From Planctomycetota bacterium (lineage in GTDB: Bacteria > Planctomycetota > PLA2 > JAEUHO01): 64,000 nt of DNA. Location: assembly GCA_965223505.1 (NCBI GenBank), contig CBDCWP010000040.1:64001-128000 (forward strand), written 5' to 3'. The position numbers and the translations under genes were made by a program. Below the pieces are notes generated by a model that worked only from the letters and a program-made list of their open reading frames with translations, was not told the origin of the DNA and did not search any database. Positions within the stretch are counted from its first letter, which is position 1. Each line of letters starts with the position of its first letter. Of the stretch, positions 39,592 to 48,818 are shown piece after piece.

Positions 39592-40470
39592 GTGCGCACC
39601 CTTCTTCTCTCTCTGTCCGTCTCGGTGTTGGTGACCGGTCCCGCCTGGGCCGCGCCGAACACAGACGAGACGAAGGTGCTGACCGCAGCCGACGTTCGCA
39701 AGGCCGTCAGAGCGGCGCAGGACGAGGGGGAGCCGGCGATGGTCGCGCTCGCCGCGGCGCTCGGACGGACGGGGGGCCGGCCGGCGCTCGAGGGGCTGAC
39801 GGACCTCTGCCTGCACAGCCCGCGACGCGATCACGAGCCCGTGCGCATCGCCGCGCTGAAGGCCCTTGCGCGCGTCAATCTTCGCGGCGGCGACGTCGTC
39901 AAGTGCATCAAGTGGTCTAGGCGCGGGTCGTTGGAGGAGCGCGAGGCGGGCATCCTGGCCATGGGCGCGCTGGGCACGGGCCGGGACATGCCGGCGCTCC
40001 TCGAGCTCGCCACGTCGGAGGAGCCGCGCATTCAGCGCGCCACCTATCGCGCGTTGCGCAGTCTGACCGGAGTGTCGATCCCGAACGTGCACGCGCGTTG
40101 GCTTCATTGGTGGCGTTCGACGGTCAAGCGCACGTCCGGACCGCTGCAACGCGCCCTCGCAGGCTTGGAAGAGGACCCGAAGGCCGAAGGCGCCAAGGAG
40201 CGCGTCGAGACGCTCGCGCAACAGGGCTGGGTCGACCCCGAACCGATCGAGGACGCGATCTCGGACTGGCTGCGGTCGTCGGACGCGCTCTTGCAAGCGA
40301 CGGCGTGCCGGCTCGCGAGCCGGCTGCGGCTGGCGGACTTCGGCCCGAGGATCGCCAAGATCCGCGTAAGCGGGTTCGACCCGCCCGAGCTCGAGAAGGC
40401 GATCCGCGCCGCGCTCGCCACCCTCGGCATGGCGGAAGAGCTCGCCGAGCGGGTCAGCCGCAAGCCCTGA
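39592..40470 (+). CDS. Secreted HEAT-repeat protein
   Basis: Signal peptide; HEAT-like units VRIAALKAL, ALRSLTG; W..WW. Confidence 0.65.
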   Translation: MRTLLLSLSVSVLVTGPAWAAPNTDETKVLTAADVRKAVRAAQDEGEPAMVALAAALGRTGGRPALEGLTDLCLHSPRRDHEPVRIAALKALARVNLRGGDVVKCIKWSRRGSLEEREAGILAMGALGTGRDMPALLELATSEEPRIQRATYRALRSLTGVSIPNVHARWLHWWRSTVKRTSGPLQRALAGLEEDPKAEGAKERVETLAQQGWVDPEPIEDAISDWLRSSDALLQATACRLASRLRLADFGPRIAKIRVSGFDPPELEKAIRAALATLGMAEELAERVSRKP

Positions 40471-40478
40471 CGCGAACG

Positions 40479-42521
40479 CTATTCGCCGTCACGCGGCCTG
40501 TCGTAACGCTCGAACCACGCGAGCACGTGCACGACCTTCGCGATGAGCTGGCTCGGCCGCCGCGCGATACCGTGTGAGGCGCCGGGGATGCGTACCAACG
40601 CGGCGTCCACCTTCCGAAGCTTGAGCGCCTGGTAGTACTGCTCCGACTCCGACATCGGTGTGCGGTAGTCGTTCTCGCCGGTCAGGAGCATGGAAGGCGT
40701 CTTGACGTTGCCCACCAGTGACAGCGGCGAGCGCTTGACGTACTCGTCGGGGTTCTCCCACGGGTACTGGGAGAACCAGTACTTGCAGAAGAAGTTCGAG
40801 TAGTCGGTCGTGAGCACGAAACTGTGCCAGTTGACCACCGGCTTCGCGATGACGGCGGCCTTGAACCGGTCGGTCTTGCCGACGATCCACGCGCTCAGCA
40901 CACCGCCCCCGCTGCCGCCGGTCACGAACAGCCGCTCGGGATCGACGTAGCCCTGCTCCAGAACGGCATCGACGCCCGACATGAGATCGTCGTAGTCGTT
41001 GCCGGGATACGCGTGATGGATGAGGTTGCCGAACGCGCCGCCGTACGACGTGGAGCCGCGCGGATTCGCATAGAAGACGACATAGCCGCTCGCGGCATAG
41101 AGCTGGATCTCGGCGGCGAAGCGATCGCCGTAGTTGGCGAACGGCCCGCCGTGGATCTCGAGGATCATCGGGTACTTCTTCTTCGGGTCGAACCCCGGCG
41201 GCTTGGCGATCCAACCGTGGATCCTGCGCTTGTCGAACGAAGACTCCCACCAGATCTCTTCGAGCGGCGCCAGCGACTTGTGCCCGAGCAGGTCCTCGTT
41301 CAGGCGCGTGATCACCTTGGGGCGATCCGGCCCACCCACGGCCAGATCCGCCGGATGGTCGGGCCGCGTCCGGGTGAATGCGAAACGACCGTTTCGAGCG
41401 ACACTGAACTGCCCGCTGCTGTAGGGCCGCCCGAGGGAGAGGCCGCCGACGTCGGCGGCGAGCTCCTGGACGGCGCCGTCGAGGGACGCGCGTCCGACCT
41501 TGCCGTTGCCTTCGTTCGCGTAGAGGAACAGCAGGCCCTTGCTGTCGGCGGTCCACGCCGGCGCGGAGACGCTGCGGTCGAGCTTCGCGGTCAAGGAACG
41601 CGGGTTCGACCCGTCGCGGTTCATGACGTAGAGCTCGACGACCTGGAAGCCCTGACAGCGGTCGTCGAACCCGACGTAGGCGACGTACTTGCCGTCCGGC
41701 GAGACGACGGGGTTCTCATCGGGCCCGTCGCGTGAGGTCAGCGCGCGGATCGTTCCGTCGTCGACGGTCACCTCGAAGATCTCGTTGCCGTTGGGCCGAT
41801 ACTCCCAATCTTCGTTGCGGTTGGCGGAGACGAGCAACGCCTTGCCGTCGGGGGTCCACGACGGCGCGGCCCCGTGATCGAAGTCACCGGAGGTCACTTG
41901 CCGCGGCGTTCCCCCTTCGGCGGGCACGACGAAGATGTGCCGGAACCCGTCCTTCAGGTAGCCGGTGCCGTCGCGGCGATAGTGCAGGCGATCGATCACG
42001 ACCGGCGGATCGGCCCACTCGGCGCCTTCGGGCTTGGGCGGCAGCTTCGCGAAGGGCTCCGTCCTTCGGCGCGCGAGCATCGAGAACGCAATCCACTTCC
42101 CGTCGGGCGACCACGCCAGCCCGGACGGTCCCTCGGTGAGGCTGGTGATCTTGGCGCTCTGGCCGGTGTCCATCCACATGAGGTGAAGCTGCGTCGTGTC
42201 GCCGTCGCTCGAGAGGTAGAGCAGCCGATCGCCCTCCGGCGACCAGCGCGGTGACGACGCGTCGTGATCGGCGACCAGCGCGCGGTGGTTGCCGCCGTCC
42301 GCGTCGATGATCCAGATGGTCGAGCGGCGCCGGTCCTTCATGATGTCCATGCCGTTGCGGACGTAGGCGATGCGGGACCCGTCGGGCGCGATGCGGGGAT
42401 CGGATGCCCACTCGAGCTCGAAGACGTCGCTCGGCTGAAACGTGGGGGCCGGCTCGGGATCGGCGCTCCCGACGCCGGCGGGCGCGACGAGCAGAACGGC
42501 GAGACAGGCGAGAACGCGCAT
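40479..42521 (-). CDS. S9 family (acylaminoacyl/prolyl oligo-) peptidase with WD40-like propeller
   Basis: Start MRVLACL; IHGGP, NPRGSTSYG, nucleophile GGSGGG, DYRTP, GASH. Confidence 0.92.
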   Translation of the reverse strand: MRVLACLAVLLVAPAGVGSADPEPAPTFQPSDVFELEWASDPRIAPDGSRIAYVRNGMDIMKDRRRSTIWIIDADGGNHRALVADHDASSPRWSPEGDRLLYLSSDGDTTQLHLMWMDTGQSAKITSLTEGPSGLAWSPDGKWIAFSMLARRRTEPFAKLPPKPEGAEWADPPVVIDRLHYRRDGTGYLKDGFRHIFVVPAEGGTPRQVTSGDFDHGAAPSWTPDGKALLVSANRNEDWEYRPNGNEIFEVTVDDGTIRALTSRDGPDENPVVSPDGKYVAYVGFDDRCQGFQVVELYVMNRDGSNPRSLTAKLDRSVSAPAWTADSKGLLFLYANEGNGKVGRASLDGAVQELAADVGGLSLGRPYSSGQFSVARNGRFAFTRTRPDHPADLAVGGPDRPKVITRLNEDLLGHKSLAPLEEIWWESSFDKRRIHGWIAKPPGFDPKKKYPMILEIHGGPFANYGDRFAAEIQLYAASGYVVFYANPRGSTSYGGAFGNLIHHAYPGNDYDDLMSGVDAVLEQGYVDPERLFVTGGSGGGVLSAWIVGKTDRFKAAVIAKPVVNWHSFVLTTDYSNFFCKYWFSQYPWENPDEYVKRSPLSLVGNVKTPSMLLTGENDYRTPMSESEQYYQALKLRKVDAALVRIPGASHGIARRPSQLIAKVVHVLAWFERYDRPRDGE

Positions 42522-42767
42522 GGGAATCCTCCGTGCGGGACCGCGCATCCTAGCGAGTTCGCAACGCCCGGGCGCGACCGGGTGACCGGGGCCGTCGGGC
42601 CCGCCTTCGCGCGCTTGTTGTCGTGGCTCGTCACCGGAGGGCGCAATGTCCATCGGTTTGGTCACTCTGCCGTGGATACGAACGTCCGTAAGCCGCCAGC
42701 AAGGGCGATTTGGGGCCGCCGTGAGGGTTGGAACGTCGTTCGCTTTCCCCCTGGCCAACACGTGTGT

Positions 42768-43466
42768 GTGTGGAAGGAGATCCGTCCTTTGTTCGGTTCG
42801 TTCCCGAGTGTCGGCCTCGCCTTGGCGGGGCTTCTGCTGCTGTCCTGGGTCGCCGCCCCGAGTGCGCACGCCGACAGCATCGGCATCGCCGACTCGAGCT
42901 CGTTCGCGAGCACGGGTGTGGTGTCGTTCTCGCTCGAGGCAGAGAGCGACGGCGCGTCGGCGGAACGACTCGCGCCCGCGGAAGCGATTGCGGCCGCTCT
43001 CATGAACGAGACGGCCATCGCCGCGGTGCTGCCTTCGATCGTGGAATCGCCGGAAACAGAGGACGGAGTTCAACTCGAGGTCGAGCTCGGGCTCGCGCCG
43101 GCGGGTCCCATGGTGTTCGGTGGCATGGGGTCGCTCGGCGGCGGCGGTGGCGGCGGCGGCATGCTCGGCGCGATCGGTGGCGCGAGCGGCGTGGCCGGCG
43201 GCGGCCCGGGCGGTGGCGGTGGCGGCAGCTGCGGCTGTCGGTGCTCGTGCTTCCAACCCGCGCTGCTTGCGGTGCCGGTTGCGCTCGCGATCCTGCTCTG
43301 GCAACCGTGGGACGACGACGATCCATTCGACCCGCCGCCGACGTTGACACGTCCGCCCGATGGCGACCCGCCCGACGGCGAGACGCCGCCCGTGCCCGAG
43401 CCGGGTTCGCTCGTGTTGGTGAGCGCGGCGCTGATCGGGATTCTCGCGCGACGCCGGCGTCTATAG
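42768..43466 (+). CDS. PEP-CTERM sorting-domain protein; start uncertain
   Basis: C-terminal VPEPGSLVLVSAALIGILARRRRL; signal peptide ending SAHA; Gly-rich linker. Confidence 0.8.
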   Translation: MWKEIRPLFGSFPSVGLALAGLLLLSWVAAPSAHADSIGIADSSSFASTGVVSFSLEAESDGASAERLAPAEAIAAALMNETAIAAVLPSIVESPETEDGVQLEVELGLAPAGPMVFGGMGSLGGGGGGGGMLGAIGGASGVAGGGPGGGGGGSCGCRCSCFQPALLAVPVALAILLWQPWDDDDPFDPPPTLTRPPDGDPPDGETPPVPEPGSLVLVSAALIGILARRRRL

Positions 43467-43495
43467 CAAGACGTACGACGCCGTGAGCTCGTCGG

Positions 43496-44680
43496 CTACG
43501 GCGTCGCGGCCGCCGGGCTACCGTCGATCTCGGCGGCCTCGCTGCGTTCGACGAGACGCACGACGAAGATCTCGGGCGGCACGCCCAGTCGCATCGGCGG
43601 GCCCCACCAGCCGTGGCCGCACGTGGTGAGCTGGTGTCCGTCGCCGACCTCGTAGAGGCCGTGGTGAAAGGGAAACGCGAGGCGCGTGAGATACGAGAAG
43701 GGCCACATCTGACCGCCGTGCGTGTGCCCGGAGAGCTGTAGGTCGGCGCCTGCCGCAGCGCCCGCCCTCACGTCGTCGGTTCCGGGCGTGTGGGCGAGCA
43801 GGATGACCGGTCGCGACGGGGCGTCCTGGCCGACGATCTCCTCGATCGGCGGAATCACCTCGCCGAACCGCGGGGCGGATGCGTCGGCGACACCTGCGAC
43901 AACGAGTCCGTTGGGCAGCTCGACGCGCTCGTTCACCAACACGGTCAGCCCGGCAGCGCGCAGGTACCTCACGGCCGCCTTCACCCCGACGATGTACTCG
44001 TGATTGCCTGTCGAGACGATGACCCCGTGGCGCGCCTGGAGCTTCGACAGCGCGTCGGCGACCTCGATCATGCGTTCCGGCGGGTGATCGATGATGTCGC
44101 CGGGCATGAGAACGAGGTCGGGCTTCAGGGCGTTGATCTCGTCGACGCGTTTGCGCGCTTCGGCGCCGTCGACGAGGACGCCGGCGTGCAGATCCGCCGC
44201 GACGACGATGCGCAGCTCTCGAAGCTCGGGCGTGATGCCGGTGACGGGAACGGTCACGTGGCGAACGCGGGCGGCCTCGCGCGCTTCGAACATCGCGACG
44301 ACGCAGAGGACGAGGGCGGCGGCGACACCGGCGAGGACCGTCCAGCGCTTGAGCGGACGAGGCGGGATGCGACAGGGCTTGAGCAGCAGACGGACGATGA
44401 GGAGTCCGAGGAGGATCCACAGCAGATGGAACATGAGTCCCATCCAGACGGATGCGGCCCAGTGGGCGGCGTGAACGACGCCTTCGGCAGCGAAGCCGTC
44501 GAGCCAGCGGGCCACGGGGTAGGAGACGGCGAGGACGACGAACAGGACGCGCAGCAGGTTGAGCGTTCGCCGGGACTGGATGCCGAGTGCACTGACGATC
44601 TGTTTGTAGAGGAACAGGTGGATGATCCCCAGGACGAGGAGCACGACCGACAGGAAGATGGCGAACGACCACGGGTCCAT
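43496..44680 (-). CDS. Membrane-bound metallophosphoesterase (YkuE-like)
   Basis: N-terminal TMs; ADLH, GDIID, GNHE, LAHTP, SGHTHGGQ. Confidence 0.92.
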   Translation of the reverse strand: MDPWSFAIFLSVVLLVLGIIHLFLYKQIVSALGIQSRRTLNLLRVLFVVLAVSYPVARWLDGFAAEGVVHAAHWAASVWMGLMFHLLWILLGLLIVRLLLKPCRIPPRPLKRWTVLAGVAAALVLCVVAMFEAREAARVRHVTVPVTGITPELRELRIVVAADLHAGVLVDGAEARKRVDEINALKPDLVLMPGDIIDHPPERMIEVADALSKLQARHGVIVSTGNHEYIVGVKAAVRYLRAAGLTVLVNERVELPNGLVVAGVADASAPRFGEVIPPIEEIVGQDAPSRPVILLAHTPGTDDVRAGAAAGADLQLSGHTHGGQMWPFSYLTRLAFPFHHGLYEVGDGHQLTTCGHGWWGPPMRLGVPPEIFVVRLVERSEAAEIDGSPAAATP

Positions 44681-45218
44681 GGATCGGGACGGTAGCAGCG
44701 CGGCGCAGCGGTTCGCGTTCTCGCACCGCCGTTCCTGGACATTCACGACCCCGAGGCTGGCTTCCTCCGTTCGTACTCAGCCGCAGAGCATCGTGGGTGG
44801 GACCCCGACTCCGTGCACTCTCCGGTCGACGAAACCGTCGGAAGAGACCCGGTACTGTATTTTGTGGGACGTTCTCGAGGTCGGCCTGCTTCGCATCGGT
44901 GGCGGTCTAACCGTGCAGGAGGTTTCCGAGCGCGCCTGCGTCTCCACAGCGACGGCGTACAAGCGTGTTCGCGCCCACGCTCAAGCGCTTGAGCAGGACG
45001 ACTACGAAGACGCTGCAGCGCAGCTGATGTGCGCGGCCATTGAAAGAGACCACACGGCCCGACAAGTGGTTCGAACTCTCGACTCCCGAAAGGCGACTAT
45101 CTGGGTCGGGTTCCGTATCCTCTTGCGGGCACGAAGAAAAGGGGGCGCGTGGCGCCCCCTTTCCCAGTTCGGACATGAACGACCGCCCGTCGGAACCGAC
45201 GGCAGCCGGTCCCGTTAG
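44622..45218 (+). CDS. Possible small HTH protein; start uncertain
   Basis: GLTVQEVSERACVSTATAYKRVR resembles a sigma4/HTH; otherwise unsupported. Confidence 0.3.
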   Translation: MIPRTRSTTDRKMANDHGSMDRDGSSAAQRFAFSHRRSWTFTTPRLASSVRTQPQSIVGGTPTPCTLRSTKPSEETRYCILWDVLEVGLLRIGGGLTVQEVSERACVSTATAYKRVRAHAQALEQDDYEDAAAQLMCAAIERDHTARQVVRTLDSRKATIWVGFRILLRARRKGGAWRPLSQFGHERPPVGTDGSRSR

Positions 45219-47056
45219 CGAATCTCGATGGCGCGCAGATCGTCGTCGTTCAGGCCAGGCGTCTCCTCGTTCCAGACGATCGCGCCGCGACCCTTCGCGT
45301 CCGTCGCAATCCAAATCGAGTTCACGACCGCGTTCGGGTCATGCTCCAACACGGGGTCGATGACGGGAACCAGGCCACGACGCACCCGATAGGCCTCCAT
45401 CCGGTAGTAGCCCTCGACCGGCAGGTTGTCTTCGATCGTGACCAGGACGAGCGCGCCGCCGCCAGGCTCGGAAATCGCGTCGAAGTGATCGCGACTCTCC
45501 AGCGGCCTGCCGACTCGCTGGGCCGGACCCCACACGGATCCGTCGAACTCCGAACCGTACATGTGCGTCGTGCCGGGGAGGATCGCCTGCCAGAACGCCA
45601 TGAGGCGCCCGTCCCCCGTGAGCAGAAGCTCGGCGCGGTTCGAGAGGCCGCCGGGGCTCGTGAAGAGCGGCGTCACGGCCCCCAGGTCGCCGGCGGGCGC
45701 GAGGCGACGAGCGTTTACCGTCTCGTCGTCGTCGAAGATCCAGAGGATCGTCGCCGTACCCGTTGCGTCGACCAGGACATCCGCGTAGGAGATCTCTCCA
45801 ATGCGCTCCTCGATCAGTCGCGCCGGCTGCCAACCGAGGCCCGGTGCGTACACGGCAGCTCGGAGGTCACCGGTGAGGCCGTTTCCGTGCGAACAGATGA
45901 CCGTGATCTGCCCCGTCGCGTCGATGGCGGTACGGCGACCGTGGTACTCGCCCAGTCCCGCCGTGACGTTGGTCGCGGCGCCGAAGCGCCCCACGGGGTC
46001 CCAACGCCGGACGAACACGGCGACTTCGTTCGTGAGCGTACGCTGGCTGGACGTGAAGTAGCCCTCACGAAGCTCGTTGATGCCGACGTCCGCGCTGAAG
46101 GGCAGGATGAGACCTTCGCCTGCACCGAGGTCGCGCACATCGGACCAACCGGATCCCGGAACGAAAGAGCGTCCGGCGAAGCGCCTCGTGCCGTTGTCGA
46201 CGTCGGATTCGGTCCAGACAGCCAGGATGTCCCCTTCGTTGCCGAAGGCAATCCGTAGACTCCCGGCATCCTGTTGCGGATCATTTTCCAGGACGTCGAT
46301 CGGAAGCCACATGCCTGTCGACCGCTGGTAGCGGCGCATGTAGACGTCGTCCTGGACGCCGTCGAACTCCAGCCACGCAACGACGAGGTCACCGCGGCCG
46401 TTCGTTTCGACCGCGCTCCCGAATTCTCGGATCGCGGGGCTCGTGTGGATCGTGAACACCCCACCGAATCCCTGATCGCTGTCGTAGTAGTGAGCCCGAA
46501 GGACGTTCGTCGCGCCCTTCTCGTGCCGTACGTAGGCCCCCTTGCCATCCGGTGAGACCCGGAACCCGACAAGTCGCATCTGTGCCGGAAGCGCCTCCTG
46601 CAGGAGTGCGTCGCCGAACACGGCGTCACGCGTCGCGAACTCGAAGACGTAGTCGTTCGTCGCCTCGTTGCCGTCCATGTCGCGCAGACCCGCCGGGATC
46701 GTCGCCCGCAGGGGCGTGCTCAGCGGAAGATCTTCACCAGGCGTGAAGACGAGGCGCTTCTGGGCGTCGTCATATGTGACGCTACCGGAAACGGGACCAT
46801 CGTCCGACTCGAGGACGATCGCCGCAGGGCTGATGCTGGCGGGATCCAGGTCGTTTTCGAACGCGACGAAGATCGTCGCGTCGGTGGGGACCTGGTTCTC
46901 GTTGTCAGCGGGCGACGTCGTCACGATGCGGAGCGGGCCGACACCCGGCTCGCTGAAGCCGGTGCCGCCTCCGCCCCCACCGCAAGCTGCGAGAAGGACG
47001 AGGGCACTGAGGAGTGAAAGAAGCGTAGAGAAGGTACGGTTTCGTCGAGCGAACAT
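45215..47056 (-). CDS. Lipoprotein with SbsA/Big_5 Ig-like domain and beta-propeller-like repeats
   Basis: Lipobox LLAAC-GGGG; TSPADNE..VP, LVFTP..L, LRDMDGN; repeated 'G....VW' blades. Confidence 0.72.
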   Translation of the reverse strand: MFARRNRTFSTLLSLLSALVLLAACGGGGGGTGFSEPGVGPLRIVTTSPADNENQVPTDATIFVAFENDLDPASISPAAIVLESDDGPVSGSVTYDDAQKRLVFTPGEDLPLSTPLRATIPAGLRDMDGNEATNDYVFEFATRDAVFGDALLQEALPAQMRLVGFRVSPDGKGAYVRHEKGATNVLRAHYYDSDQGFGGVFTIHTSPAIREFGSAVETNGRGDLVVAWLEFDGVQDDVYMRRYQRSTGMWLPIDVLENDPQQDAGSLRIAFGNEGDILAVWTESDVDNGTRRFAGRSFVPGSGWSDVRDLGAGEGLILPFSADVGINELREGYFTSSQRTLTNEVAVFVRRWDPVGRFGAATNVTAGLGEYHGRRTAIDATGQITVICSHGNGLTGDLRAAVYAPGLGWQPARLIEERIGEISYADVLVDATGTATILWIFDDDETVNARRLAPAGDLGAVTPLFTSPGGLSNRAELLLTGDGRLMAFWQAILPGTTHMYGSEFDGSVWGPAQRVGRPLESRDHFDAISEPGGGALVLVTIEDNLPVEGYYRMEAYRVRRGLVPVIDPVLEHDPNAVVNSIWIATDAKGRGAIVWNEETPGLNDDDLRAIEIR

Positions 47057-47345
47057 TGCGAGTCTCCCAAGCACCCGGAGCAGGCGCTGGACCCTGAACT
47101 CCGAAACGGGACGCGCGGGGACACAGAATCCGGGTACCGAGTCATCAGGCGACATCTGGTGTTGACGAGGACCGCTTCGCAAAGCGGCGCAGCACACGTT
47201 GGGTCCGCATCAAACGGGCGAATTCGAGCCCCATCTAACCTGGTGGGTGCATCCCCACGACGATCTTCGCTTCGCCGCAAGAGCAGCTAGCGAGCGCCAC
47301 GTGAGGCCGACAGCGCAAGCGCTACACAGCATCCACGGGCTCAGA

Positions 47346-47412
47346 TGGTGCCGAAGGTGGGACTCGAACCCACAAGCCCTAAACGGGCGGGGGATTTTGA
47401 ATCCCCTGCGTT
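47346..47412 (-). tRNA. 3' fragment of tRNA-Leu(CAA), probable att site; not a complete tRNA
   Basis: Minus strand: anticodon arm GGGGA-TTCAAAA-TCCCC, long variable arm GCCC-GTTTA-GGGC, T arm GTGGG-TTCGAGT-CCCAC, CTTCGGC-A-CCA; the 5' acceptor strand (GCCGAAG expected) and most of the D arm are absent. Confidence 0.85.
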
Positions 47413-47548
47413 TCGACAAGTGACCCGCAACAAATGGCCGTCTGCGGGATGCGGTTCGAGCGAGTTTGGGTAGGCGGATCGCAACTCCGGTAGGACAAAC
47501 CCGGATCAGGCATAATGCACCGAGTTGTGCTGTGGAAGGGACTATCCG

Positions 47549-48658
47549 ATGCGCACGACCGTCTGCTTGGTGATCTGCTGCGTCGCGTGGGGATTCAGCC
47601 CATCTTCCATCTTCGCGCGCGAGCCGCCGGAGCCGCCCTCAGACGGCCCCCGGTGGCACGCAGGCTACCCGCCCCAACCGAGCGACATCGCGAAGCGTCG
47701 GTTCATTGGCGCGGACCTACCCGAGGCACGCCACGTCGTACCGGACGACTCGGACTCCGATGATGTGCCGACATTCGTGATCGTCCTCGAATCGAACGGA
47801 AACCTGACCTTCGACGGCAACACGTGGCCATGGGCGAAGCCCGCGCAGACGGCGCTTCGCGAAGCCCTCGCGCGCTTCACCGTCGATCTGACTCAGCGCA
47901 ACGCTGACGGCGCGGGACGAGGCGCGTTTCAGCTCCTCGCCGATCGCCGGGCACAGTGGACCGGGTGCGCCCAACTGTGCCACGAGTGGCTACGGGACGG
48001 CGGTCGAACGAATCGACTGCGAATCGGCGTCACTCGATGGGACTGGCCCGAGAATCATGAACGCATGGACGCACGGGTCTTCGCGTGGTCCGGCGGCGGC
48101 GGCGAGAAGGCTACGCTTTCGGTTGCCCTCACCTTGCACGCCGGTGAGCCCGCCGACGCTGGGCCGGGTCCGCATGTCAAGATCGCCATCGGAAACGCGT
48201 CGTTCTCCCTGCACGCGTCTCCTTGGAGGGAACAGGCCCTCGTCGATGCCGCCAACGGCGTATGGAAGGACATCGAAGAGGCCGTCGCCGATCAGTCTGG
48301 AGATCTCGGCGCGGCAACGATCACGGCGCCCGGCGAGCATTCAGCCGTGCCGTGGGGCCACGTCGTCGCTGTCATGGACGTTCTGCTCGACTGGGGCATT
48401 CGCGACGTCCGATTCCCCGACCAGGAGCTGCGCATTCTCTTCGACGAGATGGCGGTAACGCCGCCGCCTCCCGCACGCGGCCCGGAGGACGAAGGAGCCT
48501 CCGTGCTCTGGATTGTGCTTGGCGCGTTGCTCGTCATCGCCATTCCGGTCGCCGTCGCGACGGCGCGTTCGCGACGGCGGACGCGCACCGTTCGTGGGCG
48601 AAGCGGCTCCAGGTCATCACGGGTGGGCCGCTCGACTCGTCGTCAGCGACGCAGGTAG
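47549..48658 (+). CDS. Secreted protein with two ExbD/TolR-like domains and a C-terminal TM anchor
   Basis: Signal peptide; QLLADRRAQW and VPWGHVVAVMDVLLDWGIRDVRF resemble ExbD periplasmic domains; TM followed by Arg tail. Confidence 0.5.
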   Translation: MRTTVCLVICCVAWGFSPSSIFAREPPEPPSDGPRWHAGYPPQPSDIAKRRFIGADLPEARHVVPDDSDSDDVPTFVIVLESNGNLTFDGNTWPWAKPAQTALREALARFTVDLTQRNADGAGRGAFQLLADRRAQWTGCAQLCHEWLRDGGRTNRLRIGVTRWDWPENHERMDARVFAWSGGGGEKATLSVALTLHAGEPADAGPGPHVKIAIGNASFSLHASPWREQALVDAANGVWKDIEEAVADQSGDLGAATITAPGEHSAVPWGHVVAVMDVLLDWGIRDVRFPDQELRILFDEMAVTPPPPARGPEDEGASVLWIVLGALLVIAIPVAVATARSRRRTRTVRGRSGSRSSRVGRSTRRQRRR

Positions 48659-48818
48659 ACAACGCGCGCGCACTTTGTGGCGGATTCACGTCCCCGGCGA
48701 CCCGCATTCAGCCATGCAGTTCACCTGCGCATGGCCCCTCGATGGAGCATTCGATCTACACTGGCGACACGTGCCCGGCGGTCGGTGCGGACTGAGGAGG
48801 TTGACTTTGAGATCCCGA

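Noticed and set aside
47346..47435. Complete functional tRNA-Leu gene
   Set aside because: No 5' acceptor strand complementary to CTTCGGC and no intact D arm
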